A DNA stretch of 64,000 bases from Phoronis australis (taxonomy: Eukaryota; Animalia; Phoronida), in NCBI GenBank assembly GCA_002633005.1, contig NMRA01000415.1:62001-126000 (forward strand). The letters run 5' to 3'. Shown here piece after piece: positions 23,959 through 38,123 of this stretch. Both the position numbers and the translations under genes were made by a program. How positions within the stretch are numbered: position 1 is the stretch's first letter; the number at the start of each line of letters is the position of its first letter. The notes under the pieces are model-generated. The model was not told where the DNA came from, made no database searches, and was given only the letters and a program-made list of their open reading frames with translations.

Positions 23959-26900
23959 TTGCAGGACGAGTCGGGCCCTGAGCTTGGCTGGCATTTCCCT
24001 TTTTTACGAGGGTCGACTCGGCAAGTTTGAAAGCCAAAACAAGATATATACAATGGGACCTACTGAAGTTACAAATGCAGTTCCCGGAAAATGGTAATCG
24101 TCTCGTCTGCTCTTCAGTGAGTGGAAGAATCAACCTCTTTTGTGAGAGTGCGAGGAACCGACATATATGTAATTTTTTCAGTAAATAGAGTTTGAGAAAA
24201 ACACAAGTTAACTAAAAAGTATCTCAGAGTTACATGCAGTATATTGTGCGGCAGTATAGAACAGTAAGTAAACAATAAAAATGTGAAATTATGTCCATTT
24301 CCGTTAACGTACTCTCTCCTTAGGTTTAGAAGAACAGGGCTATTGGTGACAGCTTGTGGAGATATTTCCGTGATAGAGATAGCACGCTCACAATTAGTTA
24401 TCTCAGATCACTTTCTGTTTTCAACCACCAGACTTGAGCCAGAGCAGACTTTCGTGTAGGTGTGTCTTATGGGAAAGTCATTTAGCCATGTACAATGATT
24501 TCGAATGGTAAAAAGCCACAGGTCTGGTGGATTTTGGGTTGTGGGATTTGGTGGTCGAGGGTGTTGTGAAGAATCCCTCAAATATTCATATTTTATCTTA
24601 TTGGTCGATCGTCATTCCAAATATTATACATGTTGTGATCATAATTTAACAATATTTGTATTGTAATATTATTCAGTCATAATAAATGACCAACTTTATC
24701 TTCTTCCAGCCTCTATTTCATCTCTGGAAATTTACCTTGGGTCGCACTCATTTACGTTCGACTTTATGTCAAAATAAATGTTTCTTTATTGGTACTAAAC
24801 TTAATGTGATATTCTTAATGACAAATTGTGTCTACGCCACATTTCACCAAAAAGAATGGTGCACCGTTTTCGTACACTGTATCCGAAGCACGCTTTGCGG
24901 GTTCATTGAGAGATTGGATACGACATAAGTATGCAGCTTCAACAACATGACGTCATATGGATCTAACAATCATAGAAATATGTGTCAGTAAGAAGTATAC
25001 AGCGCGTGTCAGATTCAGTCATATGCCTAACATATACGTGCATATTTAATAGTAAAGAATGCTTGGTGATTTTATTTTGTCTTTTGAACGTCCTTTTTTA
25101 CGAATTCCCATAATAGACCCAACTCTCAGTCAGAAATTTATCGATTATAAGGTTGGTTGGATCCAAGCAGATACGCTAGGTGACTTGCGAACAGTTTGGC
25201 TAAACGTTGCAGCTTGCAAACGGCACCATTGTTCAAACACCCAGGCTGTCAGCAAGCGCTGGCGGTTAACAATACAACTAACATGTCGCCTTTTAAAATA
25301 TTTCCAGCTTTGTCACTAGCATAACAATTGACATTTCTTAGTTTTCAAACGTTAAAATTTCAGTCACAATTAGATGTTTTTTGTAATAAGCTCAGCGTGA
25401 CATTAGGTCACTGATAGGTAGTGCAAACTTGTTCCTGTATTCTTCTGCAGATACGAAAGGTTTGATCTGATTTAATCTACCAAAACACAATTAAAATAAA
25501 AAATAGTTAAGAGCAACTTGATAACCTTTATACTCCAATAAAAAACTTGAGTTGTCAACTGATCTGTTGACGACGCAATGAATATTTGGTGAGTATGACA
25601 CATGTGAATCGTACGGATAGTTTGTTTAAGCCAGGTTGTGAACGCAAATTTCTGAGAAATAAGTGACCATCAGATTTAAGATTTCACTTAAAATTATGTA
25701 GCAGTTTAATTTAGAACGTTACTTCAAAGTTAATTGCCATAATGTCCACGCTGACAAAAACCAGTAAATGTATACAATTTTTGAGAGAAGAAAGGTCAAG
25801 GTTTATAAATTGCACTTAATACTTTCGAGTCATTGTTATCATAACAGTGCAAATCTTTTACTTATAAGTCACATTTTGTTTTTACATAACGGTACGTTCA
25901 TAGTACAAATACCCTCGACTTAATGAAACATGTTAATGTCTCTTAAAAACGTTGCTAAGAATTTCGATTACTGATTAAGAGGACATTCTACCCCACATTA
26001 ACTTTTAAAATGTAAGGCGGGATTGAGAGTTTTTGTTAAAAAGCAGTGGTCGTGTTCGTCTATCGCACAGGTCAATAACACTTGGACAATAAGAATCGAG
26101 ACAGCGTATTTGAAATTGACTGAAAACTTTCAATGAAGTACACAGGGCCGTTTTCAATAACTCGTGCTCCTCAGTTCAGATGAAAGCTATTTGCATAAAT
26201 ATAACACTTGTTAGAAAATAATTTGCAAGTACTCTGCTATAACCCCAGTACATGGCGATTGCGTATACTGTGCAATGTAATTTGTTTTTACTGTGCGATG
26301 TCTAAATATTCAAACTTAACACTAACGACCGACGTCATGATGATGGGATTTTTTTAATCTGTGTCTGTACGCAAACTTCATAAAGCGGTCCCCATGCCTT
26401 TTCTTTTCATTAAATATCACATGGGCGTGGGAAAGCATCACACCCAGTTGATGCAAATCCGGCACGATATCAACGCGCTAACTTAAAAAGTCACTGATAT
26501 CAAGAAACCAACTAAAAGTAATAACAAAAATTATGCGCGCAACATCACTACAGTGATGTACTCCACGGATTTTGAGGACGATATACAATATAAAGCAATG
26601 GAACATAAAATCGCACATCGTCACGGAACTCCTAGATTACAGTGTACTTGTTCTCAACGGCCGTATGCACGCAAATTCACAATTCTCACAGGATCAAAAT
26701 TACGCATGCCTTCGCTTTTTGTATCATCTTTCTATGCTATGAACACCTCGTTGATGGAATGTTATGGCGACTCTCTGAATGAAAGGACTTTGGGTACAAA
26801 CGGAAGTGCTCTAATCACGGAGGGAGATTCTAATTCAGTGACCGATTTTTTACTTTTGATAGTTGATAATAGTAAACACATTTCCAGGCTGGAACTCATG

Positions 26901-27810
26901 CTTTTCTGCCATATAAAAGCAAGATCTCGATTTCCAAGGGAACTAGAAACGAAGACAAGCAATTCATTCACACAGGTACTAAATATTGAAAAATACTTTT
27001 TAGAATTTCTAAGCAATATTCTACATATCCTTGATGTGACACTAAACCAGTGTCTGGCCATCAAATACACTACTGTTGATTTAGAACTCATTTTGTTATA
27101 AAACTGTTCTCATAGTGTGCTTTTTTGGGGCATGATTCCTGATTCATGTAAGATCACACATTCAGAAGTACACGAGTACAAAGAAGAACAATAAATTTTA
27201 ACATAATAAAGCCCGGGCACTGCACCCCAGTTCACTTCAGCGATTTGCGGTTATCGCCAGGACTCTGAACTCAATCAATACCTCACTCTTCGGCTTGTAA
27301 CGTTGTTTTCTTGTTTTTCATATTATATTCTGTTACTTAGTTACTTGTTTAAATTCTAGAGTATTGTCTGACACTGTTGTTGGTTAATGTTCAGATACAA
27401 AAAGCTGACGCAGTGGTCGGATGATGGAATTCTTCGATTCTCTGTAACTCTATTTAGCTGGTGATTCAGCTGGTAAACTCTAAACCTGTTTAAGGGCGGA
27501 CATCCAATAACTTGTAACTCTATTTACATGAGTTACGCCTTCAGCGATTTCTTTGGATTTGGATTTGTTACTGAGTACATGTAGCACACATCACGAATTT
27601 TCGTCCGACCGGTTGGCTAGGAGTATACAGTGGGATGTCACGGATGATGGTTTCGTTGTGGAAGCGTGGCTGGACGACCTATTCCAACTGCAGCAGATGT
27701 CCGTTCCTGCATGTAACATTCAGAATATAAATCCAGCTTAACACACGACACATGTTCTTACAAAGTGAACATGTATATCGCCAAGACTCCTATTCGTGTA
27801 CAGTTGTCCG

Positions 27811-29262
27811 CATTGTTTTATCACCTACTCTTTTTGCACTGTTCATAACTGATTTGGCAGCGAAATTAAAACATTTAAATTTAGGTTCGGATAATGATTC
27901 GTCTTTGTTTTATACCGATGATATATTAGTAATTGCCGAAAGCGAAGGAAATTTACAGGCTTTATGGAATATAGTTGACGAACGGTTCATGTACTCCAAA
28001 CGGAGGTTTATTGTCAGTCAGGAAAAAATTACACTTCAGATCCAAGCATATCTCTCTTAGTCTATATCCTTTTCGGTTTGGCCGATCAGATCTAGACTAT
28101 GTGCCCATTTATAAATATTTAGGAATAACTTTAAATGAACATTTGACGTTTTCTCAAACTGCTAAAACTCAGAGTCTGCCACAAGAGCTTCCGGCGCTTT
28201 AATTAAAACTTTTAAAAAGAATAAAAATATGAGGTACACAACATTCATTACATTATTCAATGCATGTGTTGTGTCTGGTAGTGATTATTGTGTAGGTCTC
28301 TGGCGTGGCTCTAGTTTACAGCCTTATAATGTCATGCAGGATAGATCCGCGATATTTTTCTTGGGTGTTAACATATTTGCTTCTAATCATGCTCTTAAAT
28401 GTTATTGGTGGGAATTGCCCAGTGTTCGGCGGAAAATTGAGCTTCTGAGAGGTAGGAGTTGTGTTATTAATTTCGAGTAAGAAAAACTAACATATCGAAT
28501 GTTTTGGTAGGACTACAATGCCTGAAGTAATAATCGGTAATCTGAAGTTTTGAGGAATTGGCGATTTCGGATATTTTTGCAACTTACACGTACATTCAGT
28601 TAATCTCTCTCGCTATGAGAATATTTTGCATTATTTGGCTTGTAATAGGTGGCTGTTTGAATGCCGTTTGAAACCAAAGATAAGAACTTATGTTTTGATG
28701 AATACTGTTTTACGTTCAGTTAGACTCAACAGGACCTAGTAGGTCAATTCTTGCTCAAATTAGAACAGGATCCCCCCAGGTATTGGTTAAGGTTGGGCGT
28801 TTTTGTTCTCTGGATTTTCATGGTAGAATTAGTTGTCTTTGTCAAACTGGTTAAGTTGAAACTGAAGTACTCTTTCTGTTTGAGTGTCCGTTTTTCCTAT
28901 ATGCCTGAAACACCTTTTGAACTCAAATTGAGATTCAATATCCATGGTTTTGCGCAGAAAGCTGTGAAGTTAAATTAATAACAGTTATGCAGAATGTGGT
29001 ATCAGTAAAACTTCAGTTTTAATCAAAAATATTTTTGAAATCAGGATTTTTTATATGATCACTTTTATCATTGTGTTCTCTTTTTGGTCCCCTTGCAATG
29101 TGTGCACACTTGTTTGTTTCTCTTTTATTTTTTCATGTATCTAAAGTGACTAATAAGCCCCGTGTAGGACTGGGTGTTCTTGTTTTGTTACGTATTAATT
29201 GTTTAAATCTACTTGAACACATGTGACTTTAACAAAAATTACTTATACTTACTTATTTATTG
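27811..29262 (+). mobile_element. Degenerate 5'-truncated non-LTR retrotransposon (RTEX/CR1-group-like RT, C-terminal half)
   Basis: Motifs across frameshifts: LSPTLFALFITDL, LFYTDDILVIAESEGNLQ (YADD-like), YKYLGITLNEHL, LFNACVVSGSDYCVGLW, KPKIRTY, RSILAQIRTG, and a CxxC..VETEVLFLFEC zinc-knuckle remnant. Ends in a (TTAC)n-like tail at ~29240-29262. Confidence 0.85.
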
Positions 29263-30563
29263 TAACAATAAGTTCACATGAAATTCAACGTCTTACCACC
29301 AGTCGATCTATATGCTAGGGTTGCAGAATGGACATTTCAATAAGCAGTACTTCACCAGTGACCATCCCGGCTCTATTGCACACTGAAATGCTCGTGAAAA
29401 TGAAGTGAACATTGATCTACAACCTGCGGCGTGGCAGGCAACGGTAAAACCCTCACATTTTTGTGTGCCACCATATGTACCGGCATTTTACATTGCGCAT
29501 CCAACGAATGTCAAAATGTGGCTCAATATAAGTCAGACTGAGTAAATCATTGTCTCCTCATATTCACGGGTACATACTCAGTACAATGTACCAATTCAGT
29601 GTCCTGTTGGTTTGAAAGTTGCAGAATTTATTGCTTACCGTCTCAGGACATTGGCCAAAACGAGGCAAAGGGGCTACCGGCTTTTTATTTTGAAAGAAAG
29701 TGACTTTCTGAAACTGAAGAAAAATGTTAAATTTTTAATGTTTATTATGAATCATTCAGTACAATAAAAATATTTTTCAACAGAAATCTCCATTGTATCT
29801 GGGCTAAATACCTACAGATAATTACAATTCTTACTCACAACTACACAAATTAAAAAAAATATGTTAAGATGACATGTAGTTGTGAACGTTAATGACTCAT
29901 TTCCATTCAAAATTTTTTATACTCGTATACAATTTTATCAACTCAAATAAAACTATTTAATGTTAAAAAGAAGTTTTGATACTACAAAGAAAAGACACAA
30001 ACAAATGATATGACACGTCAAGATGACATTGTGACAGTAACATAGGGACAATTACAAAGGCAGACTTTGAGGCCCAGAACAGCCCCCCTCCACCTCCTCC
30101 AGGGGCACGGTCAAACATAATGAAAAGTTTTTGTCATGCCGATTGTACAGCTTCAACAGGAGTTGTACTCTAAATCATGCAGTTGCTCCTCCTAACGGCA
30201 TCCTCTATCCGCTATCCCTTAACATACATGTACACCCAGTACAGACGCCACCAATTAAGCATGATTGATAATAGCTTGAAAAATTCAGACGCAGTTTTCC
30301 AAATTTGTATCTCCTCTTCAAGAATGGATGAGCCCAAATCGACCTGTTAGTCGTATTTTGTACAATCATTGGTATTTAAAAGTTCGGTTGTTCCTCACCT
30401 TGGAAGGTTTAGTCGCTATCAAGGGCATCATAAGCAACAATCAAAAGCAGATTCATAACCATCATTCTAAAATTTTTGATTCTAATGACTTGTTGAATGA
30501 CGTCATTAATGTACTCGCAAAGAAGTTGCCAAATGTCTCCATATCAGCCTATCATTTTACAAA

Positions 30564-30658
30564 AGTACATTATAACTGGCAGTCATGAATTGAGTGCATT
30601 ATAACTGGCAGTCGTGATTTGAGTACATTATGACTGGCCGTCATGGATTGAGTACATT
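30564..30658. repeat. 29-bp tandem repeat, about 3 copies
   Basis: Unit AGTACATTATAACTGGCAGTCATGAATTG. Confidence 0.9.
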
Positions 30659-33221
30659 TTTGTTACCGATATAAGTGTATTATAAAAAATGTCTGCATAA
30701 TTTGTGTAGCTACGCGTGCATATATTGTGTTTACTGTTTTGCATTGTGTCGATGATAACTCATTTATACGATGTTAATATTGCTCGAAGAAAATGTTCTA
30801 TTTCTGAATTATATTATGATCTAATGTATCCAAATTATATGTTGAAATGCAGGAGCGAAGCGTTGATATGTGCCGACGACTGTAAATGTGTTTTAATGGC
30901 GTGGCCATTAGATAGAGGAGAATGCATCAAGTCTGTCAGGATATGGAAAAAGTATCGTTATCTCTCTATTACAAAACCATTGGTAAAAGTGTATGAGATG
31001 TCACCCACAACTGCAAAAATACTAAGGCTTAATTAAAGTACACTGGGAACCGAATCGCCAGGTAAGGAACGGACTTGACAAATTGTGATCCAGTGAGGGG
31101 AATTGCAGTCAGCCGCAAATGTAAATACTATAACCATTTTATTTTACTGGTGTTGATCCTCAAGTTAATTGCCTCGGTCCAATGAATAACAATAGACAAT
31201 ACTGTGGCTCGTGTAAGCATCAACACTTGACACACAGAAGAATGTCATTGGCATGGGCCTTATTTATCTATTATTAATGTAATATTAACGATGAGGGTAA
31301 CGCCATCAATTCACAATGCTTTCCATGGGGGCCCTTAGACATTGGCATAGGTCTGTCCAATTACATATACATATGCAAGCATCAGCACTTGACAGACTGA
31401 AGACAATGTCATAGGCATAGGCCTGTACAAGTATACGTGCAACCATCAACATTTGACACATATAAGACAATTTCATTGGCTCAGGCCTCTACAAGTATGC
31501 TATCCAGCAGCTGCCTTAATATGCAGTCGATGAACACTTTGAAGAGAGTAGGCGAAGTGGCTCCAACGTGTGGAGATTCTCTAGTGAGACGAGCATTCAG
31601 ACTAGATATGGTTTTCTCAAGCTTATCTGTTGCTGTCTGATTGCTCAACGAGTACATATTACATCGCGTAAGCCCATTGATAACTGCACATTTATTACAT
31701 CTCTATAGTGACTGAACTGAGTACTTGTAATACGTGAAAGGAGCTCAATATCCATGTTGGAAGACTTACAGCATGTTTGCTATGCAATTTATTATGGCGT
31801 TTGAACAGAGATACCATTATGCTTTGATTTATTAACCGATGGCACCGGACAAGAACATTTAAGAATACTTTTCTCTGAAAGTGAAAATTCCACAAAGTCA
31901 TCAGATTGAGATATGCAATTTTCATCATATTTTATGAATACTTCAAGACATGTGTATGAAAGCAAATTATACCAAGCCCAACAGCAAAGGATTGTGTTGC
32001 AATTTGAAAGTTTCTGACGGCAATTTTTAGGCCAAAAAATAACAAAGTCGAATATTCTCATCCGCAATGGTAATAAAATGGAATACAATTTCGATTGCTG
32101 ATATATATGATCATTTAACTTATAAAGCAACTGTTGCGCTAAAAAAACAACAATGTTGTCAATGGAGAAAGGCGAAAAGGGTATGCGTTTTGTGGGCAAA
32201 TATTTTAAAAAATGGTGTGGCTCTATTTCAAGACGAGCTTATTTCGCGTTTGCCCCCCCCTCCCATGTAGCCAACTTGTCTTCCTTTGTAAACTCCATCA
32301 CATCTCGACTCAACAGTGTACATTTCATCTGCTACGTATTCGTGATCTCACTTCGTTTTCCTTTTCAAAGGGTGAATCAAATTTGTTGAGAATTTGCAGC
32401 AGGAATGACGAGAAATCGTGCCCTGTACACCAAAAAGTACCCACCAAATTCCTCGACAATTCAAAAGATGCACAAAATTCTTCCTCCTGAGTTCTGTCTG
32501 ACGGTGTTTCCATGCCGTCAGATGGTAACTTCAAAAAGTGTACATAGAATACAACAAATACACCAGCCTTTTATCGTCTACATTTAATAGCAAGGGATAC
32601 GATAATACGTGACGAGCCATGGGTATAAAATGCGTTAACAATAAAATATGAGTGCTCGTCTGCCCGTAGAACGGTTTGATTGTCACAATGCAAGTCGAAA
32701 AATTCGTATTTTACTTTCTATAGTAACATACTGTAATTTTCGTAAAGAGTGTTCCAATCAACGTTCTCTAGGTTAACACACACGCTACGCTGCTGCATGT
32801 ATAACAATCGCTGTTATTTTCTTGATGAAGGGGCAGGAATTGATGACAAACTACAGGAAGTCATATACTGCCACCCACGTAGTGATCGATCCACCCTACT
32901 GTTTTCAAATAAGTTTTTCATACAAAATAACAGAAATTTAACAACAGAAGTGAGGAGAGAAACACCTGCCTTCGTTTTCACACTCCTTATATGTGTTTGG
33001 CTGAAATTTACAGTTAATTTCAGGGGGTCTCCAAGAGATATGCCAAAGGGTGATTCTTTTATTTTTATGTATTTGCATATCCTGGAAGTGCTTCCATAGC
33101 CTGAAAAAATTCAATTACTTTTTGTCTTACGTCACTGAAACAGAGGACTAGAGCTGGTCTTGGAACTAGTATAAATAAAGGATCACGCTAGAATCTATAT
33201 GTGATTGATTTCGCAAATTAG

Positions 33222-36200
33222 GAGGCAGTCCATATAAAAACCAGTAGATTTTCAAAAATCAGTCAATACGTCAAAATTTAAAACAACTTTAAAACAACAA
33301 TTTTTTGTTCATGGGTAGGCATCCTAACAAAATCCCAAATGCCAAATTTTGTGTACTCAATGACCCCTAATTTCGACGCTGGAGCATGATAACACAAAAT
33401 GGCACAATTGGGCATATTAGCCGTCTCAAAAATCGCATGTTTTCAACAACAAAAATGAGTAACATACAAAATAGATCAAAAGCTATATTTTGGTGGCTTA
33501 AATAACCAACGTATACTGAGCACAATTCTGTACTATTTATTAAAATCTGACAGTTTTGTGCTTTACACGGGAGATAATCCAAAGACCACTTTTTGGGGCT
33601 AATTTTAGTGGCCATTTTTGTGACCTTCTTACTGCCATAAAACACCTTGTAGCCTTATGTGACGTTTTGAACATACAGTTAAAGAGCTAGTCTTGATGAC
33701 TGAGCAATAAAATATCTTGCCTCAACTTTGCACTTCAGTGAAAATTGTCTTGCAATACCGTCTATTTTCATAGTTTGGAAATGACGAGCAGAGTTTACAG
33801 ACCATTTGAACAAACTTTTAGGCAAGAAGTCTGCTTTAAATAGTTATAGTAACCAAGTCTAAACTCTTTCAAATGAAAACAGGATGTTTTCCGGGCTTAT
33901 TACGCGGCTAGTATCAAAACTGAACCCGATGACCTTTGCCCATAGAGTGAGTCAGTTTAAGTTAAGCTTGAGGATATATAAAAATGGACGTGTTACCGTC
34001 TTATATTCTTTCATTTCTTTTACATTATCAGGTTAATTTAAACACTCTGAAGAACTTTTAAATGGAAATAAATGCCTTTAAGATTAAACGAGTAAAATTG
34101 ATATTTGTAATGACTGGTTTTGAGAGAAGCAAGTGCATTTTAAAAAGACAAAATGGCGGACGATGTCGATGGGCCTTCATGTTCCTTTAGAGTTTATTCA
34201 GCAAAAAATCCGACCACAAAAGCTTTGTGCTTTAGTGAGTTATGTCAAACACACCACTGAACATTTGAGATACAGGAAAGTACCTCACAAAGCAAGGCCT
34301 GTGCCATAGTACGGACTTGTACTACCCCGAGTCGGTGAGTTTCTGACTGAGCAGGACCAGTCATGGGCCTGTGCCATAGTACGGACTTGTACTACCCCGA
34401 GTCGGTGAATTTCTGACTGAGCAGGACCAGTCATGGGAGAGTCAGGTAATTCTGGATGTTACCACTCTGCTCCTCTCCTCCTGAACTTAGCAGCCTTGTA
34501 AAATTCTACTGGCATTTCTGTTTGGAGATATGACTTAAGTGAAAGTCCGACTGGAAAGGATCTCTGTGATCGCAAGATCGCTCCACTCAAACAATATGCG
34601 AATTACTTTGTAGCCGAAGGTAACAATATCATAAACTTTCTGGATTTGAAAAAAGCATTACTTTCCAGTGGCCGTGTGAAGGGATGTTATGTGTATGCAT
34701 GTTCAGTCAATGCAACAAAGTCTTTTCCAAGATATTAAGTTCCTGGTATAAGAACATTCCTAAATTCCCACTATTCCACCCAAGGAATTCACGAGTGGAA
34801 ATCATTCCATGTAGGTAACGGTAATTTCTTATAAATACTGAGAAAATGGAAACCCTATTTCTCTAAAACACACTAACATCTCTAGACATGGCGGATTTTC
34901 AACACGAAGAGTTGAGGTTGGCATTTTATCTAGTGATGAGCCTCAACAAAATTTCCCTTGTACCCAGCAAGGGTACTCGAATTTTTTTGCTACAGACGCA
35001 GAATTAGGTCAGCATTTGGGTGTGGATAACCACACTAAACATTTATAGAGGGAAACCACGTATGACCACATCGCACGACAGTGGTCAGAAATGCTTTCAG
35101 ATGCAAGAACCGGAGCGTCATTTGAGGCAGCCTCAGAGTACTATTTGGATGAGACGATTGCTGAAGCAATAGGTTAGGCAATGAAAAAAGGTAAAAGGTC
35201 AACAAGATGTTCAGTAAAGGTTAAGAACTTTCTGACGAACATATTCGATGAAGGAGATAAGTCAGGTAAAAACGTTCACCTTCGGAAGTGCCAAAATGGA
35301 GGAAACATTACGAGAACCCACTGGGAAAGTGTTTACCTGTGATGTTAAGTGAATCGCAGATTGGTGGATTTTTTCGAGGTTGTCTGCAGCAATGTTTATG
35401 TCGATGCTATTTCTGGTGAAGCTGCTGTTACGTCGTCAGGGTTACTGAATGAAGCGGTAAATGAGCTCAACGTTTAGCCTTGTTTTGTAGCATAACAACC
35501 AGTCAAAGATATGTGATATATGAAGTCGAGACCGTTGCTTCTGTTGACTTCATGTCAGTCATGAATGAGTCATTAATAAATTGTCTCTCCTGAACTATTT
35601 TCAATTGACTGTGAATTTTTGCCTTTTTATCCCCGCTGGTGATCACACTGGCAGAAATATTCAGCGTTAGGGTGCCCGTGTATGTGTGGGGGGAACACCA
35701 GATTTCTGGGGACTGGTGGCGACTAAAATTTGTAGCAAACAGCAGGGACATTACAATATGAACCCAAAGTTACAATGACTATTGACAAGTTGAAGGATTT
35801 TTTGCACTGAACACTAGGGGGCCATATCCACCTTGGGTGCCTTCCTTTGCCTGTGGCACGAAAAAGGCAGATAGAAAACAAGAGTAAGGCAGGGGTGAGT
35901 TCAGTAACACTAGAACCTCTCTAAAACTTATCCAAAACCATGTGTTCTCATTTAAAATGCATGGCAATATCTCGCGCAGTCTTGAATTATAGCAAGGTCA
36001 TCGTGTTACTGTTCTTGTTCTAGATGCGTCTTCAGTCTCCACGTAAACAAAAGCAGCGCCATCTATCATTTAGGAGAACGCATGGCAGTTGATTTACGTA
36101 CATATTTTTGTAATAAGCAATAATCACCAATGCCGTTTTCAGAGAATGGAAATTAATAATGTTGTCTGACTTTTCTCCAAAATACAAGGTTTTTATGTCG

Positions 36201-36800
36201 TGTTTCCCAAGCTAATTATATGTTCCAAGAACCCCTATTGGTAGCGGAGGCAACTGAGAACATGCAAAAGGACGGAGTGCAGTTCGTGTAATGCTTCGTA
36301 CGCAAAAACGACATTAGAGGCAAGATTTTTTATTTTAGATAATGAACAGGTTCGGAATGACTGAACAAATTATTATAAAGTCAATTTCAGGAAAGGTGCG
36401 TTATGGCTGCTACAGAGTGCCAAATTTGGCCGAAAATGGCTTCAGTGAAAACCTGAAAAATAGCCGTTTTTGCCTCAAAAATTCAAAACGTACCAATTTA
36501 AAAATGGATTTTGAAAGTTATGCCATTAAATTATTCAGCCATTGCCCTATCAATTCGTATAATTCATTTGTTTTGACCGTACCATACATGCTAGTACAAT
36601 GCATTCAAACATGCCTACTTCGAAGCCCAATTTTGTTGCAAAATGGAGGTACAGGTCACTAAAAGAAAAATAATGAATGAAAATTCTTAAAAAGTGAGGT
36701 TTTTCTATATCTCAACAAACCAAACTCATGTGCTAAGTTTCAAAAAAACCTGTGATTTTGGGTATAGACTCTACATGTTGGTTTTTATATGGAGTCACTC
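33222..36800 (+). mobile_element. Decayed Sola3-like DNA transposon (internally deleted)
   Basis: Termini TTAG|GAG...CTC|TTAA, with shared TIR core TCCATATAAAAACCA (33229 / 36793 reverse). The transposase remnant at 34442-35390 reads SGNSGCYHS (DNAGCYH-like), RYDLSESPTGKDLCDRKIA, a C2H2-like remnant, G*AMKK..R...KVKNFLTNIFDEGDKSGK and LSESQIGGFF. Confidence 0.7.
34296..34437. repeat. 70-bp near-perfect tandem duplication inside the Sola3-like element
   Basis: GGCCTGTGCCATAGTACGG...GGACCAGTCATG at 34296 and 34366, one mismatch. Confidence 0.95.
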
Positions 36801-37029
36801 TTAATCTCCTAAGTATGCAATAATAGTGCGTTTAATCAAGTAGAATAATGTTGTTGCCTACTACATTTAACGTAAACTTTGTAATTCATTAAAAAATTCA
36901 AGTAGATGTCCGCATTCCAAAAACATGGGAGCACAGCCTGGGCACTTTTCATTTCGTATTATCTTCAATAACAGCTTATTATTTAAAATGACTTATTCTT
37001 ATCAAAATGACATAGGCAGAAAATTGAAT

Positions 37030-37381
37030 TTTGGGCCTAAAAAGCGAGGCCCTCTATATTAATATAGGGGGCCTCGCCGAAAGGCGGCCGAAGAGCGGGG
37101 CCTTCTATATTAATATAGAGGGCCCCGCCGAAAGGCGGCCCAAAAGCGGGGCCGCCTATATTAATATAGATGGCCCCGCTGAAAGTCGGCCGAATAGCGG
37201 GGCCATCTATATTAATATAGGGGCCCCGCTGAAAGTCGGCCGAAGAGCGCGCCGAAGAGCAGTGCCTTCTATATTAATATAGGGGCCCCGCCGAACGGCG
37301 GCCGAAGAGCGAGGTCCCCTATATAAATATAGGGGGCCTCGCCGAAAGGTGGTCAAAAAGCGGGGCGCTCTATTAATATAG
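37030..37381. repeat. ~51-bp GC/AT bipartite minisatellite, about 7 copies
   Basis: Unit approximately GGGGCCCCGCCGAAAGGCGGCCGAAGAGCGGGGCCTTCTATATTAATATAG, flanked by direct CAGAAAATTGAA (37017, 37388). Confidence 0.92.
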
Positions 37382-37775
37382 ACCTGACAGAAAATTGAAA
37401 ATGTCTCGAGTGCTCCGTAACAACCAATTTTCACCTCGAGCCAATATGCCACGCAGGCTCACCTCTAACCTGAGCTGACATTAAGCATCATGATGACTTT
37501 TGCTGAATGACTCCCACTTGTTTATTAATAATGTTGCAATTTGAACACTTGCTCGGATATGTGCGGGCGTCTCCCTGGTGAGTGCGTTACCAAATCCAGC
37601 CTAATCTCTTATCCCAACTGAACTCTGCTGCCAAGTGAGCAAACACCAAGCTGCCTCAAAAAAGACCCCAATAGCCCGTAGTAATCGCAGGCGCATACCA
37701 TGCAAAACATGAATTACTTTTCCCGGTCATGGGCCTGGCTAACGTACATTTATGTTGTACACTGACCACCATGAG

Positions 37776-38012
37776 CAGTGGCAGATCTACGATTTCAGTA
37801 AGGGGGGGTTTAGGATTGGAAAGAATCCGAGGCGCGTAGCGCCGAGGAGAAGGAAGGTCGCGAGAGGGTTTCCCTCCTCCCGTGTAAGATTTTTTGGGAT
37901 TTTTAGTAGCTAATTTCGTTTTTCTGGCGATTTTTTTTCCAGTTTTTATTTTTGATCCTGTCCCGAGGGGGGGGGTTTATACCCCCTGAACCCCCCTGTA
38001 GATTCGCCTCTG
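37776..38012. mobile_element. 237-bp hAT-family MITE with ATGAG target-site duplication
   Basis: TIRs CAGTGGCAGATCTAC / GTAGATTCGCCTCTG. ATGAG at 37771-37775 and 38013-38017. Both halves match the ends of the 49885-51438 element in inverted orientation. Confidence 0.8.
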
Positions 38013-38123
38013 ATGAGTGTATACTAAGCACGTCCCCATTATTTGTAATTCTCTAGCTGCAAGACCAAGGGCTTATCCTAGATACAACACAAAATGACTG
38101 TTATCCACATTTACTGTAGATAC

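Noticed and set aside
26553-27101. 182-aa ORF as a gene
   Set aside because: GTG start, no recognisable motif or splice partners, and an overlapping antisense ORF. A faint OB-fold-like phrase on the minus strand (FQPGNVFTIINY) is too short to support a call.
37030-37381. CRISPR array
   Set aside because: Eukaryotic context, contiguous units with no unique spacers, no cas genes.
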